Shown in pieces: positions 26,911 through 41,259 of a stretch of DNA of 64,000 nt. The stretch lies in assembly GCF_009914755.1 (NCBI RefSeq), contig NC_060935.1; one strand, given 5' to 3'. Under the pieces are notes generated by a model, which made no database searches, was not told the DNA's origin, and saw nothing but the letters and a program-made list of their open reading frames with translations. The DNA is from the human T2T-CHM13v2.0 reference genome, Homo sapiens. A program made the position numbers and the translations under genes. The number at the start of each line of letters is the position of its first letter. Positions within the stretch are counted from its first letter, which is position 1.

Positions 26911-29900
26911 AAAATTTGTATGTAAGGCATAATTAAAAGTCCCCCCAAATCCACAAACCATATTGTTTATTTCTTATTTCTATAGTCTCCTTTACTCCCC
27001 ATCTCCCATCTCCACAGCTACATATGTTTTCATGGTTGTGTTGTAATTTTTTCCAAATCACATTATATTTTATGCCCTTTCTGTATAGCTAGGCAGTCTT
27101 TATAAATATTCGTCTTAAATGGCTAGTCATGTTTCATCAAGGTCACATATTACTTATTTAACCAGTCCCTTGTCACTGGATATTAAATTTCTCTACATAT
27201 TCTTACAAAAAATATAGCTTACTAAATTTATGATCATTTGATTAATTTCCACTCTTGGGTAAAAAGAGATGAGGACTATGAATTCAGTAGTTATTTCAGA
27301 AAAAGTAATTAGGGTGCTTGATTAGTCAGAAAGGTTCAATGTCAAGATAAGATCAGCTATAACTTGACACCTATACCACTGCAAATGTCAAGGTAATGTT
27401 TAGCAATTCTTATTGACTAAATTTATAAAACTGATTTCCAGAGGGTTGTTTTTACAATTGTATATTTATTACATATGTTGAAAGGGTGAAATGAATAATT
27501 CAGCTATGGCAACTAAAATCTCATGTGTTTATACTTCTGATGTTTTCTCTAATTCTGTTTGCTCTTTGAAAAAGTCCAGTGTTCACTGAACAGAGTTATT
27601 ACTTATTAGCACTCATATAATCATGAATTTATTTAATATTTATTAAACACCACCTCTGTACCTGGCACTAGACTAAGCCCTGGAGCTACAGGAGTAAGTA
27701 TGTCAGTTTATAAGGCACATGAAGGGGAAATGCAGAGTGTAGGAGTGGGTAGGAGAACCAAACACAGTGACCTGGTGACATAGAGAAGAACATTTTGACA
27801 TAGAGGGAAGAACTTGTGTAAAAGCCCTTAGGTGAGAAAGGGTATGCCACACCCAAGGAACAGACAATAAAGTTGGAACAAAGAAAGCAAGAAGAATTGG
27901 ATAGATGTACCTTAATCATGAAATTGACAAGAGCAGAGTGTACGAGAAACCATTTTGGATTTTAAATACTTACTGACACCAAATGACTGTGTTAGTATTG
28001 GTTGAGCATTTCGTATGCAACTGACTCTAAACTAAGACTGCAGAGGTTAAGGCCAGATGGTTTCTGCCTTCATGGATATTCAAAGCATAGCAAAAAAAAG
28101 CAATAATACTCTGGCATCTAGTGATCAGTATATTTCACGTACTGTATAACCTCAACTGCATTGTCAAGTATGTAGCCATGGAGATAGTGTTTAGGGGACT
28201 TAATGAGGCAGTTCTCTAAGATCCAGAGGTTTGGGAAGAAAAAATGGGAGGATGAGTATTTTCAATGTAATTTGGGTCAAGCTCTAAGTACATCAACTAG
28301 AGTATATTGGTCTCACTGTAGTTAGCATCTCAGGGATAATAATGTCTTGATTAATGAGAGTAGGGAAGGAGGCAAGCAGAGATTGGGAGATACCCAAATG
28401 CTTTCTCCTGATACTGTCAACATGTTTGGAGAGGGTACTCAAAACTTTGTCCTGTGAGAAAGATATTCGTGATCTAACTCTTAACCTTGTCAACTTTATT
28501 TCCAGCTTCACACTTTACCCCCCAGGAACAATGAAGTGAACTGCAGGCTCTTTACTGCACAGACCTCACTATAATTCATCTATTGGTGTTTATTTATGCT
28601 GTTTTCTCTACCAGAAACTTCACATCGCCTTCTTGACTATTTCAATTCTTCGCATTTTTGAAGATGTGGCTCAGACGGTGTCTGCTCAAATTAATACTAA
28701 ATTATCACCCAACCCTTCTCTAGATAGATCACATTTCTGTGTTTTTGCAGGTTTTTATGCTTACTTACATTATGCATTGTGTTATTTTGTAGTTGTCTGT
28801 TTCTGAGTCTGTCTTTCCTTTAAACTGGGCTTGTAGAAGGCAGGAACTGTGTAGTATTCATCTTTGTTTTTTTGGAGCCTTGTCTAGCACATAGTATTGA
28901 CAATAAATACTTGATGAATGAAGTAACAGAAAAACAAGCCTACTGAGAATGTTTGTGCCCTAACAGGAAGACTCAAAAAGGCCACAATAGAAATCCACAA
29001 TGTGTTAAGGAATACAATATGGAAGTAGAAGCCATTTTGCTCTGTGTCATTACAAGAATAAAAAAGTAGAAAGCTCAGGCATTCAAACTGTGGTGCAGCT
29101 AAAGGCTGACTAATAAGACACAACTGTTCAGATTGGAGATGCACTACTCTGTAAGGGATAGAGGATCCTTCACTCAGGAGGTATTTGGCTAGTCACTGGG
29201 CGTGAAGGACCCAGGCATTTATTGAAAGGTTAAACTGGATGATTTTAAAGGATTCTTTTGGGACTCTGGCTAGATATAGGAAGTCTGCTCTTGCCAACAG
29301 AGAAAAGGGGATGTTTTAGGGACATTTAGTGGGGGAAGTAGATCACTGTCAAATTCTTGGAACTTAGTCTGTGAATCAATATGTCTTTGAAATAATAGCT
29401 TTGATAACAACCTAGAAACATTTAACCACTGTTTTTCTTTTGAATTGACTACAATATGGAGAAAACTGTGGCTCTGGCATTTTCTAATATACATTCCCCT
29501 GTCCCCAGACCCACTCTGAGGAAAAGAATGAATATATTTAGGAAATTTACAGTGGAAACTAGGTAGGTAGAGACAGAATGTAACTTGCCCTGTGTTTCTG
29601 GTCCCAAAGCATCCCTGAAAGCTTTTGTGTTTCAATTAAAACTAGTCTACCAGCTGGGTCTGGCCAGTCATCATGGTTCTTTACAAGAGATTCATCTGAA
29701 TTCAGCTAAGGAAATGATTTAAAGAGCTTTCACCTCCCTTTATTGTTCTCTTCCAGCCTTCCCTTTTAAGTCTTTGCTACCAGCCAGCAGCATTTAGCAG
29801 AGAGAGGGACAGATGCAAAAGTGTCATTGAAATTGCTGCCTGCTGCTCTCTATGGCTGAATCACTTCAATCCCCTGACAATTGTCCCAGAGCCTGCCAGC

Positions 29901-30711
29901 TGCAGGGACAGATCTCAGCTCCTCTCTTCTCTGAGCAGCAATCTCTCCATGTGAACAGGCAGACCCCTGGTTGACACTCTTAGATCCTGAAAATTGTGAC
30001 TAATTAACCGAGTGTTGATCCCTGATGCAGTCAATGGAAACTTCAAGGTGCCATGCTGGTAAGGGCAGACCCTGTAAAGGATTCTGGGTGGGCTGCTGTG
30101 TCCTTGCAGTTGGGAAGATTCCATGACAGATGAATGTCACTGACATGGACCATTCTTTCTCTTAATTGTTCATATTTGCTGACTCTTCCCCACGAGCACA
30201 AACCCATTTTCTAGCCAAATGACACTTCTTGTTTCATGTACTGCACACCATCTCCTCTCAGAGAGAGAATCCACCAAAAGGAAAGACATTTCACAAATAT
30301 AAATATAATGTCTCTGGGAAAGCCCCACTTTTATTAAAAGTTTATTTCCCAAATGAAAATTTCTCTCAAAATGGGGTTATATATAATAAAAAAGAGGAAA
30401 ATAAGTAGTAATATTATAATCACATTCATTTATATATAATGTTGTACCGACAATGATTTTTTTTTGATTTTTAGAATTTTTCTACTTTAAAATACTGTTT
30501 GACCTGATCATTCGATTCTAGGATTTTATCCTAAAGAAATAATCAGAGAAACATGAAAAGATTTGTGTTCAAGGTTTGTTGCATTATTTTTCTAGTGTTA
30601 AAAAAACACAACTGAAAACTGACATCCATATCATGGAGAAATGGTTAAAATATTGTGGTACATTTATCTGAATGTGGGGATAGTTTGGAGTCATTAAAAT
30701 TGTAGTGCTTT

Positions 30712-31150
30712 TCAATAATAAAGACATGGAATTAACCCAGGTGACCATCAATGGTGGACTGAAAGAAAATGTGGTACATATATACCATGGAATACTACAC
30801 AGCCATAAAAAAAGAATAAAATCATATCCTTTGCAGCAATATGGATGCAGCTGGAGGCCATTAAACTAAGTAATGCAGAAACAGAAAACCAAACACTGCA
30901 TATTCTCACTTATAAATGGGAGCTAAACATCGGGTACACATGAACATAAAGATGGGGACAATAGATACTGGGAAATATAAGAGGGAAGAAGGAAGGAAAG
31001 GGAAAAAGGTTAAAAAACTACCTATCTGGTACTATGCTCACTTGTTAGGTGATAGGTTCAATTGTATTCCAAACCTCAGCACCACATGATATAACTTTTT
31101 AATAAATGTGCACATGAACCCCCAGAATCTAAAAGTTATAAATTAAAAAT
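30712..31150 (+). mobile_element. L1PB/L1MA-type 3' fragment nested in an older L1M
   Basis: aagaaaatgtggtacatatataccatggaatactacacagccataaaaa. TSD-like aaaatt(g/t)tagtgct. Confidence 0.8.
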
Positions 31151-33375
31151 AAAATTTTAGTGCTGTTAATAAAAACGGAAAATGTTGATTATATAAATAT
31201 GAGAAAAAAGTGACATTTTAATTACAGTATGATTGCCACTGAAGACATTTAAAATGACTTAATTTTAACAAGAAAATTACTAACTTTAATTAATAATAGT
31301 AAAATTGCTTAAATAATTTAAACTACATAAGAAGGAGATTTTAAAAAATTATAAAGCCCCTAGTAAAATACTAAAAGCATTATTAAGGGAACTAACATTT
31401 ATTGCACGCTTATTCTATGCTAAACACTAATCTATGTTTCTTACAATTTCCTATGTGGTAGATTGTATTATTCTCTTTTTATATATTAGAATGAAAAACA
31501 AACAACAAGCAAACAAACAAAAACTGAGGCTGAGAGGAGTGAAGTAACTTACTTAAAGACGTGAAGCAAGTAAATAGTGAATTCAGATTTAAAAGTAATT
31601 CTCAGACTTCAATTACTATTTTCTTTCCATTATATCACATTGTCTCTTCTGAATTCAAAAACTAATGCAATGGTAGGGAAGTAATACAAATTTTAGTTAT
31701 AAGGAACCGCTTCATTGGATTTTTGGAAAAGATTTAAACTTCTATCAGTATCATGAAAATATTTCAAAACATTTCTAATAAAGTGATACGGTTTAGTGGA
31801 AAAACATAGATCTGGGTCGTTTTAACCTGGGTTTGCACACTGGCTCTGCCATTGACATCTGCATGGTATTGGATACATTTTGAAACTAGACTTTGAGTCT
31901 AGTTTCATCATCTGTCAAATGGAGATAATGAGATGAATTCAAATGACACAGGCACCAGCAAGTGCTAAGCACAGCACATGGGTGATGATCAAGCAATGTG
32001 AGTTCAATTCCTTTGGTTTGATGCATAGCACTGTTTAAAGGGTCCTTACGAGTTTGAGGACAGTAAGGGAGAACAGATGTCAAACAATGTATTCTTTAAT
32101 TCATGCCTTATTTATTGATCCAACAAGTATGGATTAATGCATTTTAACCTACACTGATAATATATGTTACTTTTCTTTGTTAAAACAAAACTTAGCTAGA
32201 AGTACTAAATTTGGGGTAAAGATTAGGTTATAGTATTGAAACCTTAGATAAAAAACAGCTAGATAAAAAAAGACTCAAATAATGTTCTTTTAACATTTTA
32301 ATACCCATGTTCTATTTGATAAATATTGAAATGGTATATTCCTCTCACTAACCCCAAGATTCCTATATGCTTCCCTTAACCCAGGAACACCTATCTGTTC
32401 CTTTTGCTACTTGCCAACCATCATCGATATTCAAGTTTACCTTCTGTATATTTGTTCCAGCAAAGCCATTTGTTTATTTTAATTTAATATAGTTTATACT
32501 ACAAAACTATATGTTGTTTTCAAATATAACATACCTCAGCCCCTAATCTGTAAATTTCTCATATGCACCCTGATCGAAAATTACTAGGCTACCACTTGAA
32601 CATTGGCCATGAAGATAATAGGACAGCGAACAATATAAGTAGGTAGAATAAAGATATCAAAAAAGATTAAAACAGGTAATAAGAAGTTAAAATAAAGAAC
32701 CATTTAGGCTACATGCCAGAAGAAGAAATGTCCCTTGATAGAAAGGTCTGTTGGTTGGCAAATAATCTTCCAAATTGTCCTGGAAGTCATTTTACTTTGA
32801 AAAGTAAATCTGGAGTGGCACAGGGAATAAAAAGGTGTCTTTTCATACACATTACTTGTTAAAATTATTTAAAGTCTCTCTCACATCCACTTTCTGTCTC
32901 ATGTTACGATATCTAAAGATGAACAGCCCCAGGTCTATTACTAGGATGTGAAGGTGAGAAAATAATGCAGACATTTCTAACTACCATTGCTAAATAGAGA
33001 TTTTTTTCCTCAAATTTTTTATTTAGTTTTTAAATGCTATCTAATAATGTATGTGTCCTGGAACAAAGTGCTTAGTCCAGGAATAAGAAATGCCCTTTTC
33101 ACAATTATACAATCTACAGGAATTGCATTTAGGATGCCCCATAGTTTGTTCTATTAAATTGTATTTTTCTGGAAGCTGCTGGGTAGAAAAGCCATCAGGA
33201 GAATACTTCATTTGGGGATTGGTAAATGTTTACATAAAAATGCTTTAACAAGATGGGGGATGGTAGAGAGGAAGCAGTTTAATAAATAGGCCAAGAGAGA
33301 ATGCCAGATTATTGTAGACCAAAGAACTCCTGAGAAGCAAAGAAAAGTAAACACAGTGAAAGTAGATTATTATCT

Positions 33376-33540
33376 GTGTGTGTGTGTGTGTGTGTGTGTG
33401 TTTGAGTGAGTGTGTGTGTGTATGTGTGAGAGAGAGAGAGAGAGAGAGAGTTTTAGCTTTAGGGGGTGTGTGTGTGAGAGAAGTGTGTGTGTGTGAGTGT
33501 GTGTGTGTGAGAGAGAGAAAGAGAGACTTTTAGCCTTAGG

Positions 33541-33591
<51 letters not shown>

Positions 33592-33606
33592 TTTTAGCCT
33601 TAGGGG
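33376..33606. repeat. Compound (TG)n(AG)n-TTTTAGCYTTAGGGG repeat, three units
   Basis: Directly visible. The spacer ttttagc(c/t)ttagggg recurs three times. Confidence 0.95.
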
Positions 33607-34399
33607 AGATATGTGGCAGTATCGAAAGAGAAGGAGAAAAAGCAGAGGAAAGATTTTGGAGGATGGCAGGGAGGGGACTCAAGCATCTCTTTAGTCTAAA
33701 GGAAAGAAGCCCCTGGGAAAGGGAGATTGAAGGTACAGGAGAGAAGAGAGCACACAAAAAAACATAATCTTGAAGGAGGAGTGAGAATGGGGCCCAGAGT
33801 TCAGACTCTTTGAGTCCCACCATAGGTACTACTTAATTTCATGTAGTATAGCCACAATACAACAGTATTGTATAAGTTTATGTGCTGACATGAAAAGATC
33901 TTTACAAAATAGTTGTAGATAAAGTAGGAGACAATTTAGGATTTAAACTTTGACCTCACTTTACAATATGCATGCATTATAAAAGTTTGTAATTATGCTG
34001 ATTAATTTATTAATAGTGCTTTGTAGATCTTTTTCTTTTGTCATTTTGAGCACTCCATCTTTAATTTTTCCTTATAAATATATCTTGCAATGAGCGCATA
34101 TGCATGTATACACATGCACATACACACACATTACACTTGTACAACATGTGTAACATTAGAAAAAATAAGTTCGCTTTTGACACAGCATAACTCAGCCATG
34201 GGTAGGGGGAGGAATACTTCGCCCTCTGAGATAAGAGTAACTGAGTTCCTACGGTAAGTTATAGTATTATTTTAAGGTGGAAGAAATTAAAGGTCATTTT
34301 AAGGTAGAGGAGAAGGAGGCTGAAGGAAGTCTTAACTGATTAGATGTCTTTACTCCATATATTTAGAAGTCAGGACATCAGAGGGAAAGGTCTAGAATG

Positions 34400-35640
34400 A
34401 AGTTGAAAACTTAAGTAAAGCTGTAAGTGATTGGAACTGCAGCTTTGAGGCAAGAGAGAGACACTTAGGGATCAGCTGGAGCCTGCTAAGCAGCACCATG
34501 GTGGGATGCCATCAACGTGTTATGGGATTTTCTCCCACAGAGCTTAGTAATCTTGAACAGTGAAAGGGATGATTTGGTTGCTTTAGGGCTGAGGCTTGGG
34601 GAAAAAGATATGGTTTACTTTGTAAGTGATGAGTAACATGTTAGAAAAGATAGGAAAATATGAGACGTAAGGGAAGATACTCAGACTGGAAGAACAGAAG
34701 AGGGTGAAAAGATGGAGATACGATAAGGTGAAAACATAGATTTATGGAGAGCAGGGGAAGGAAGAGGGAGCAACAGGCTGTGGATATTGGCAGATTTCAG
34801 GGTTCAATATTTTGGAGATAAAGCAGCACTCAGTGTTAGTCATGTGAGTATAGTAAAGGTCAAGTTATAAGAGTGTATTGAGGTGATGATCAAGTCAGGG
34901 TACTTTGTAGCTGACACTGAAGTTTCCCAGTAAGACAGAAGGAGATTTAAAAAACAAAAAGATGGTAAAGACAGAAAAAATGGCTAACATTTTTCATTGA
35001 AACTGAAGAAAGACCTAGGGTAGAAGGAGAGAACAGTGAAAAGATGAGAAGAGGAGTATGATGTGAGGTAGTGTGGCAGTTAAGTATTCTTGGCAGAGGA
35101 ACAAGATGTGCTAAGGCCTAAGGAAAAGAGAGAGCTTGACTTGTTCAAGAAACTAAATTGAGACCAGAATAGCTATGCAGTGGTAAGAAAGGGAAGGAAG
35201 AGCTGAGGCAAGAGAAGGTAGCAGGGGGTCAGACACTGGGGACAGTAAGTTTTTGGGTCATAAAAGGCTTAAAACAGGGGAATTACATTATCTGATCTAG
35301 TTTAAGATTATACTTTTTATTGTGTACAAACTTATTGGAGAGTGCTGAAGGGGAGAACAGAGACGGCAAGTTGCTGTAGTCCAGGTCAGAAATTGATGGC
35401 ATCTGAACTAGGCTGATAGCAATGGGGATGGCAATATTTGAGGCATAATTTGAAGGTAGAAATGACTGGACTTACTGATGGCTGGAACGTGAAAGGTGGA
35501 AAAGAGAAGAATCAAAGATGACGTGACACATAGCTGGACAGGGTTGCTGTGTATGAGATGAGAAGACTGTGGTGAGGATGAGGAAAGCAGTTTGGGAGAT
35601 GTAAATCAAGACTTAGGCTTGGGCCTTTTTCAGTTTGAGA
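34400..35640 (-). mobile_element. Degenerate L2 remnants
   Basis: Purine-rich reverse-L2 motifs (gaaggtagaaatgactggacttactgatgg, gaagaatcaaagatgac). Confidence 0.55.
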
Positions 35641-37019
35641 AATATGTTGGTGTTAATGGAGAGAAAGAAAAAAAATACTTACATCGTCAAAAAAAAAATA
35701 ATAGGTAACACTCATTTAGTGCTTGCTATATATCAGATACTGTGTTAGACCTTACAATTGCCTACTTAAGGAAGTCAAGATGCTGGCCAGAAAATAGGGT
35801 GGGTTATTGCAGGAATATCAGGAAAAAGTTCTAAGCAAAGTTATCTACTTTGGTCCCCACAACTGTAAGGGTATATGAGAAAGTTTTCTGAGTGACAGAC
35901 CTAGGATTATGGGCTTTCCTGGAGAAACTAGGTTATCTGAGTAAGGAGCGATATGACAAATGTGATGCTTTACCATGATTAATTCAAGGGCATTGTGTGT
36001 TTAGAATGCTGAATTTAGAATAGGCTGGGTGGATTGAGTCAGAAAGCAAGGAGAGCAATATGGGATCAAATATAATATTTAAGCTGTTAATTCTTAAGAT
36101 CTGATTTAAGATGTTGTCAGTGATACTCCAACTACAAAATTTCTAAGTAACATCAGTCTTCTGTCCTGTAACAGTATGTATCCAAAATGCTACTGGCAGC
36201 AAATATGTACTTCTCATTAGCTCCCAACATAGTTTCTTAATTTGTTGATCATTTTTCCAGTGTAAGCTGGTAATAATGGAGTGAGTTCCTCTTTTGTAGT
36301 CCCATCAAATCTTCTACTTCTAATGACATCTCTGCTTGTGTTCTGAAAAGGATTAAAGCAGAGATGTCTATTTAGACTGGTTTGTGTATTGAAAATAAGG
36401 AAGAAACAAGAATGCTCAACAATTCTTATTACCATAGCAAGAAATCTGATAGTCATCCTTGACTCCTGCATCCCCATCGGTCCCTACATTTTATTAAAAC
36501 TCAAATCTTGTTGATTCTACCCCTGAAATACCCCTCAAATCCATCCAGCTCCTCTCGACTTCTGCCATCACTCTCTAGTTTAGAACATCTTTAGTTCTCC
36601 TCATTGGTTTTCTGGCTTCCACACCTGACTCACTTCACTCCTTCCTTCTCATGCAAGGATGTGCTCAAAAACAACAAATCTCAAACTCCAATGCCTATGA
36701 AGGCAGAAAACACATATAGGAGGGTGAAGTAATCCCAGGAGAGGTAAAACAACAGAGCAAGAATGTGAGTTAATGACAACTGATCTTCGTATTGGAAACA
36801 AAACAGAAGTGCGGGTTGAGAACGTATCTCATCTAAAGCGATAACCTGCCATTCAGCTTTTATGGGTTATTGCCTCTCTGAAATGGGGTCCTCTTACTGG
36901 ATGATTGTCTTACCCTCCCCACACCCCAGAGAAGCCAGGAATCAAATTTCCTTAAGTAAAATATCAATTTTTAAATGTTAGAAAATTATTGAATTTATAT
37001 CTGTAAATATATATTAGGC

Positions 37020-37410
37020 TGTACTAGTCCAAGTCCTCTGAGAAGCAGATGTCAAGACAGGATTAAATCTAAGAATTTTGTTAGGGGAAATGCTTGTGAA
37101 GGAAAATGGGGAAGCATCCAGAAAAGGCTAGAAGAGCTATTAGATCACCATGCAAGTCCGATCCCAAAGAGGAGGACAGAAAGAAGGAAGATAGGTTGGA
37201 AGTATCCTTCATTGCTTTTCTCTGAGTCCATCAGAGAAAAGGCCCCACCTGAGTAGCCATGCAGCACTAGGTCACTGGCTCAGAGGAGCCATTGGGGCAA
37301 ACTCAAGAATAGATTTCAGATTTTAGAGCTTAGCAGCTGGGTTCCAGGTGAATTATGCTCCCTGTAGTTGGCAGTCTGTGAAGCACATCTTCATGACTGC
37401 CCCACAGGCC
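37020..37410. mobile_element. Old MLT1 (H/I/J-like) LTR
   Basis: tgtactagtccaagtcctctgagaagcagatgtcaagacaggatt...ctgccccaca. Confidence 0.6.
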
Positions 37411-38579
37411 AACAATGTGAAGAGCAAACACATCTGCAAGCCAGAGATATAGTCTGAGGGTCGCCATTTTGTAAACTGCTCACCATTCAGTGAACTAGCT
37501 TGTACTTTCTTCTGTGTAGATTTATATATCCCGAGGAACACATAAAGAAAAGTGCTTGACTCAGAGTAACTCCTCACTTTCCCCTTCATTTTCCTCCTCT
37601 ATATAATTCTCTAACTGACTCACAATTCATTACTGCACACAGCACATTGTTTTGTACTTGTTTATATGTTTATTTTCCCTATTCTATTGTGAGAATCAAT
37701 GCAAAATATCAAAACTTAGTTATTCATTTTCCATGCCAGGATTGCATAGTACCTGTACATGAACAGAACTGAATAAATCCTTGTATAAACTGAATTGAAC
37801 TGAACTATTTCCTATTCTGCAATTCTTCTTTTCTTTGCTGTTGAATTTCTATTCAAATATCAAACTCCACCTCAACTGCTCTCTCATGTTTTCTCCAACT
37901 GCTTCAGGCAGATGCAAAGGCCCTTCCTTCTGGGCTTCCGTAAAACTTCATTCATAACATGAGAGAGACACTATTCACACTGTGTCTCTCTTTCTCTAGA
38001 TCCTCAGCATCTGGAAGGCAGGGGCCCCACTGTATTTGCAATTGTATTTCTCTCTCTCAATCTAATGCCCATTGACAGCAAATGCTCAGTAAATGTTTGA
38101 TGAGTTAAACTAAACTGAAGAATAATCCAAAATATTTGCATGATTGAGCTAATAAGGAAGGGTCAGGTGAAGGGGTTTACTTGAAATTTTAATGTAGGAG
38201 GGCTAAACTTTGAATCACCTAATTAATTCTGCATTTGTTTCTTTGAGAACCTGCTATCTGTTCAACATTGTGTCAAATTCTGCAAACCAAATAAAAGACG
38301 TACAGTTCTTGTTCTCAAGGAGCTTACAGTCTAGTTGGGGAGATGTGCCATATACATGGGGAACAGCATGAGTACGGCACAATATTTCCCATTTTCCATT
38401 GGCTCCTCTCTCCCTGGGTCCTCTCATCCATCATTTACCAAGTTTTATTGATTCTATCACTTGAGTAACTCTTGTTTTCATCCTTTTATTTCTATTTCCA
38501 CTGCCTCTATTTCCTCATTTTCTATTGACCAGGATATCATAAATTCTAAGCATCTGAGAATGACTTTTTTTTTAACCAC

Positions 38580-38870
38580 TTTTTTTTCCCTTTTTCCCTT
38601 TTTGAGACAGAGTCTCACTCTGTTGCCCAGACTGGAGTACAGTGGCGCGATCTTGGCTCACTGCAAGCTCCGCCTCCCGGGTTCATGCCATTCTCCTGTC
38701 TCAGCCTCCCCTCAGGCGCCTGCCGCCACACCCAGCTAATTTTTGTATTTTTAGTAGAAACGGGGTTTCGCCGTGTTAGCCAGGATGGTCTCGATCTCCT
38801 TACCCCGTGATCCACCCGCCTCGGCCTCCCCAAGTACTGGGATTACAGGCATGAGCCACCGCATCCGGCC
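38580..38870 (-). mobile_element. AluY-type SINE with a small internal deletion
   Basis: ctgcaagctccgcctcccgggttcatgccattc, gtgttagccaggatggtctcgatc. The gagtagctgggacta segment is missing. Confidence 0.9.
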
Positions 38871-39531
38871 TTTTTTTTTTTCTTTTTACTTTTCCTTTTT
38901 TTTTTTTTTTTTACCACTTTTATGACTACCACTTTTCATTCCAGAAGTATAATTTTCTCACTTTCTCTCAAATCAGTTTAGATGTTCCTGCTGTTTTTTT
39001 TCTATTCCAAATCTTTAAAAACTTCTAAATGTTGAATAAAACAATATCTTTTTACTCTTTACTCTGTTTTTACTCTTTACTGAACCATGAGAATTTTTTT
39101 TTTTAGGCAGATAACTAGAGATTTTTTTCTGGCGGTGTGCACTTATTATTTCTTCTAGTATTTCTTGGCAATACTGTAGGTTCTCATTTGCTACAGCCAT
39201 AAATTTGTATTTCTTTAAAATAACTTCCCTTTAAAATGGTAACATGCGATTAACCAACTGTACTTCTGACTTAACAAGACTTTAACACCCTTTCCTTTAC
39301 CAACCTTGACTAGGCAAGAGGGATGGGAATGGACACTTGCTGTCATCTATTAGGTGCTACTCCCTTGGAACGGATAAAGAAAATAAGCTCTGTAATCATT
39401 TCTGCTGTGTTCAGATTCTAGCTTTACTATCTCTTGACTTGTGACCCTGAACAATTCTCTTAAGTTTTCTGAACTATAACTTCTTCACCAGAACAAACGG
39501 AACAATAATACCTTTTGGATTGGTTATAAAC

Positions 39532-40848
39532 TAGTAGTACTCAAAATATCTTCAAGATCAAATAATAATATGTTATTTGTCTTTTTCACTGTGTTCACCT
39601 GTGTGCTGATGGTACAAAAGCAATGGAGATAACTGTTGGTGTCTTAGTACAAATCAAGGTAGTGGTGCCGAAGTATGCTAGTAAGCATAGAGTTCTTCAC
39701 TCCCATACACTCACACAAAAAATTAATTTTACTTAAGAATATCTTTGATGAGGCATTAAAAATTATTAATTTTCTTAAATATTGACCTTTGAGTCCATAA
39801 CTTTATAATATTCTATGTGATGCAGTGAGATATATGCATAAAACACTTCCATTGTATAGTGCACATGGTTTTCTATAGAAAAATAAAAATACTGTGCAAT
39901 TATTTCAGTTGCAAGCTAAACTAACCACATATTTACTGAACATCAGTTTTACTTAAAAGAATGACTGACATACAAACTGGTTATTCAGTTTCGGGTATTT
40001 CACAAAAACATTCCTGAAAACTAATAAAGTGAGATTGTTGTTTTAAGGAAAATAATTGCCAATATTTGTGGTCAATAGCAAAATTTGAATTTTCAAGCAC
40101 ACATTAGAATTTGGAAACTTTGTATTCACCACCAATGAGCTGACAAGCTTTCTGACTTAAACTTTTTTTTCTGATAGGATGGGTGATAATAATGACAAAT
40201 ACTATTTTTTGATATTATATAGGGAAGTATGTCAACATTTGGAGAATCTGCATAGCTCAGTGAATCAATAAATCAGTAATTTTCAATCAACCAATACATA
40301 TTATACAAAAATACATGAGTAAAAGGTTCATTTAAAGTGCAAGATAGATGAACGAATTTTAATGTAATGGTAATAAAAGTTCAATGATAGAGTCTCAGAT
40401 TCCACCTTGCAGCTAAACTTTAAAGAATGACCATTTGTCAAGTTTTAATGTGGTATCAAAGAATATCCACAGTTATCTGAAAAGCCTATGAAAACATTCT
40501 GCCTTTCTCCATTCACAGAAGAGTAAAAAAAATGTCCTATAAAGATATGAGAATCCAACTATATTAAATTAAGCCAGACATTAAAAAGATTTCGAAAATG
40601 TAAAACAATGCCCTTCTACTTACTACTCTTTTTGGCTTAAAAAAAATAAAACTAGTTTTAATTTTTTTAAGTTACATTAATATTTAATGGGTTTATTATT
40701 ATTTATAAATAAATTATTACTTATAAAAAATTTCAGTTTTAATTTCGAATACGGTAAATACTGTAGACAGAATACACATAAACTATAGGAGCTCTTCATG
40801 AATTTTAAGTGTAAAAAGGATCCTGAGACCAAAATGTTTTAGAACTGT
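39532..40848. mobile_element. hAT-Charlie DNA transposon fossil (Charlie1-like)
   Basis: tgtgctgatggtacaaaagcaatgg..., gaatatccacagttatctgaaaa, terminal aaaaggatcctgagaccaaaatgttttagaactg. Confidence 0.75.
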
Positions 40849-41259
40849 TTTTGTAAATATTTTGTTACATAATTCTGACAAAGCATTTAACTTGATACAT
40901 TGGAAGGGCTCAGTAAATATTAGTAAGCTTATTTACACCAAGGGCTCTAGGTAGTATTAGCCAGCATTATAATTTCTTGAAATCACCCTTGACTATCATC
41001 CATTTTTCTTAATTTGAAAGCGAACTCAAGGAGCTGAGGCAGCAGAGTGCTTGAGGAGGGGAGGATGGAGATGGATCTATCATAGTTGAATGCTTATCAA
41101 ATTAATAATACTATTCACCACCTCAGAACATGCTATAAGGAATCAACTCCTAAAGAGAAAAGATTTTTCAATATGATGTGTTTTTCTGCGGCTGCACGGA
41201 GATTTTAAAAGCATGCACCCAGGTTTCCTACTGCCTCATGCCTAGTATGACTTCACATT

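Noticed and set aside
33440-33606. TTAGGG hexamers suggesting an interstitial telomere
   Set aside because: Single isolated hexamers within a duplicated spacer, not a tandem telomeric array.
39532-40848. Possible domesticated Charlie transposase
   Set aside because: No ORF of 60 aa or more in the track; a degraded fossil.
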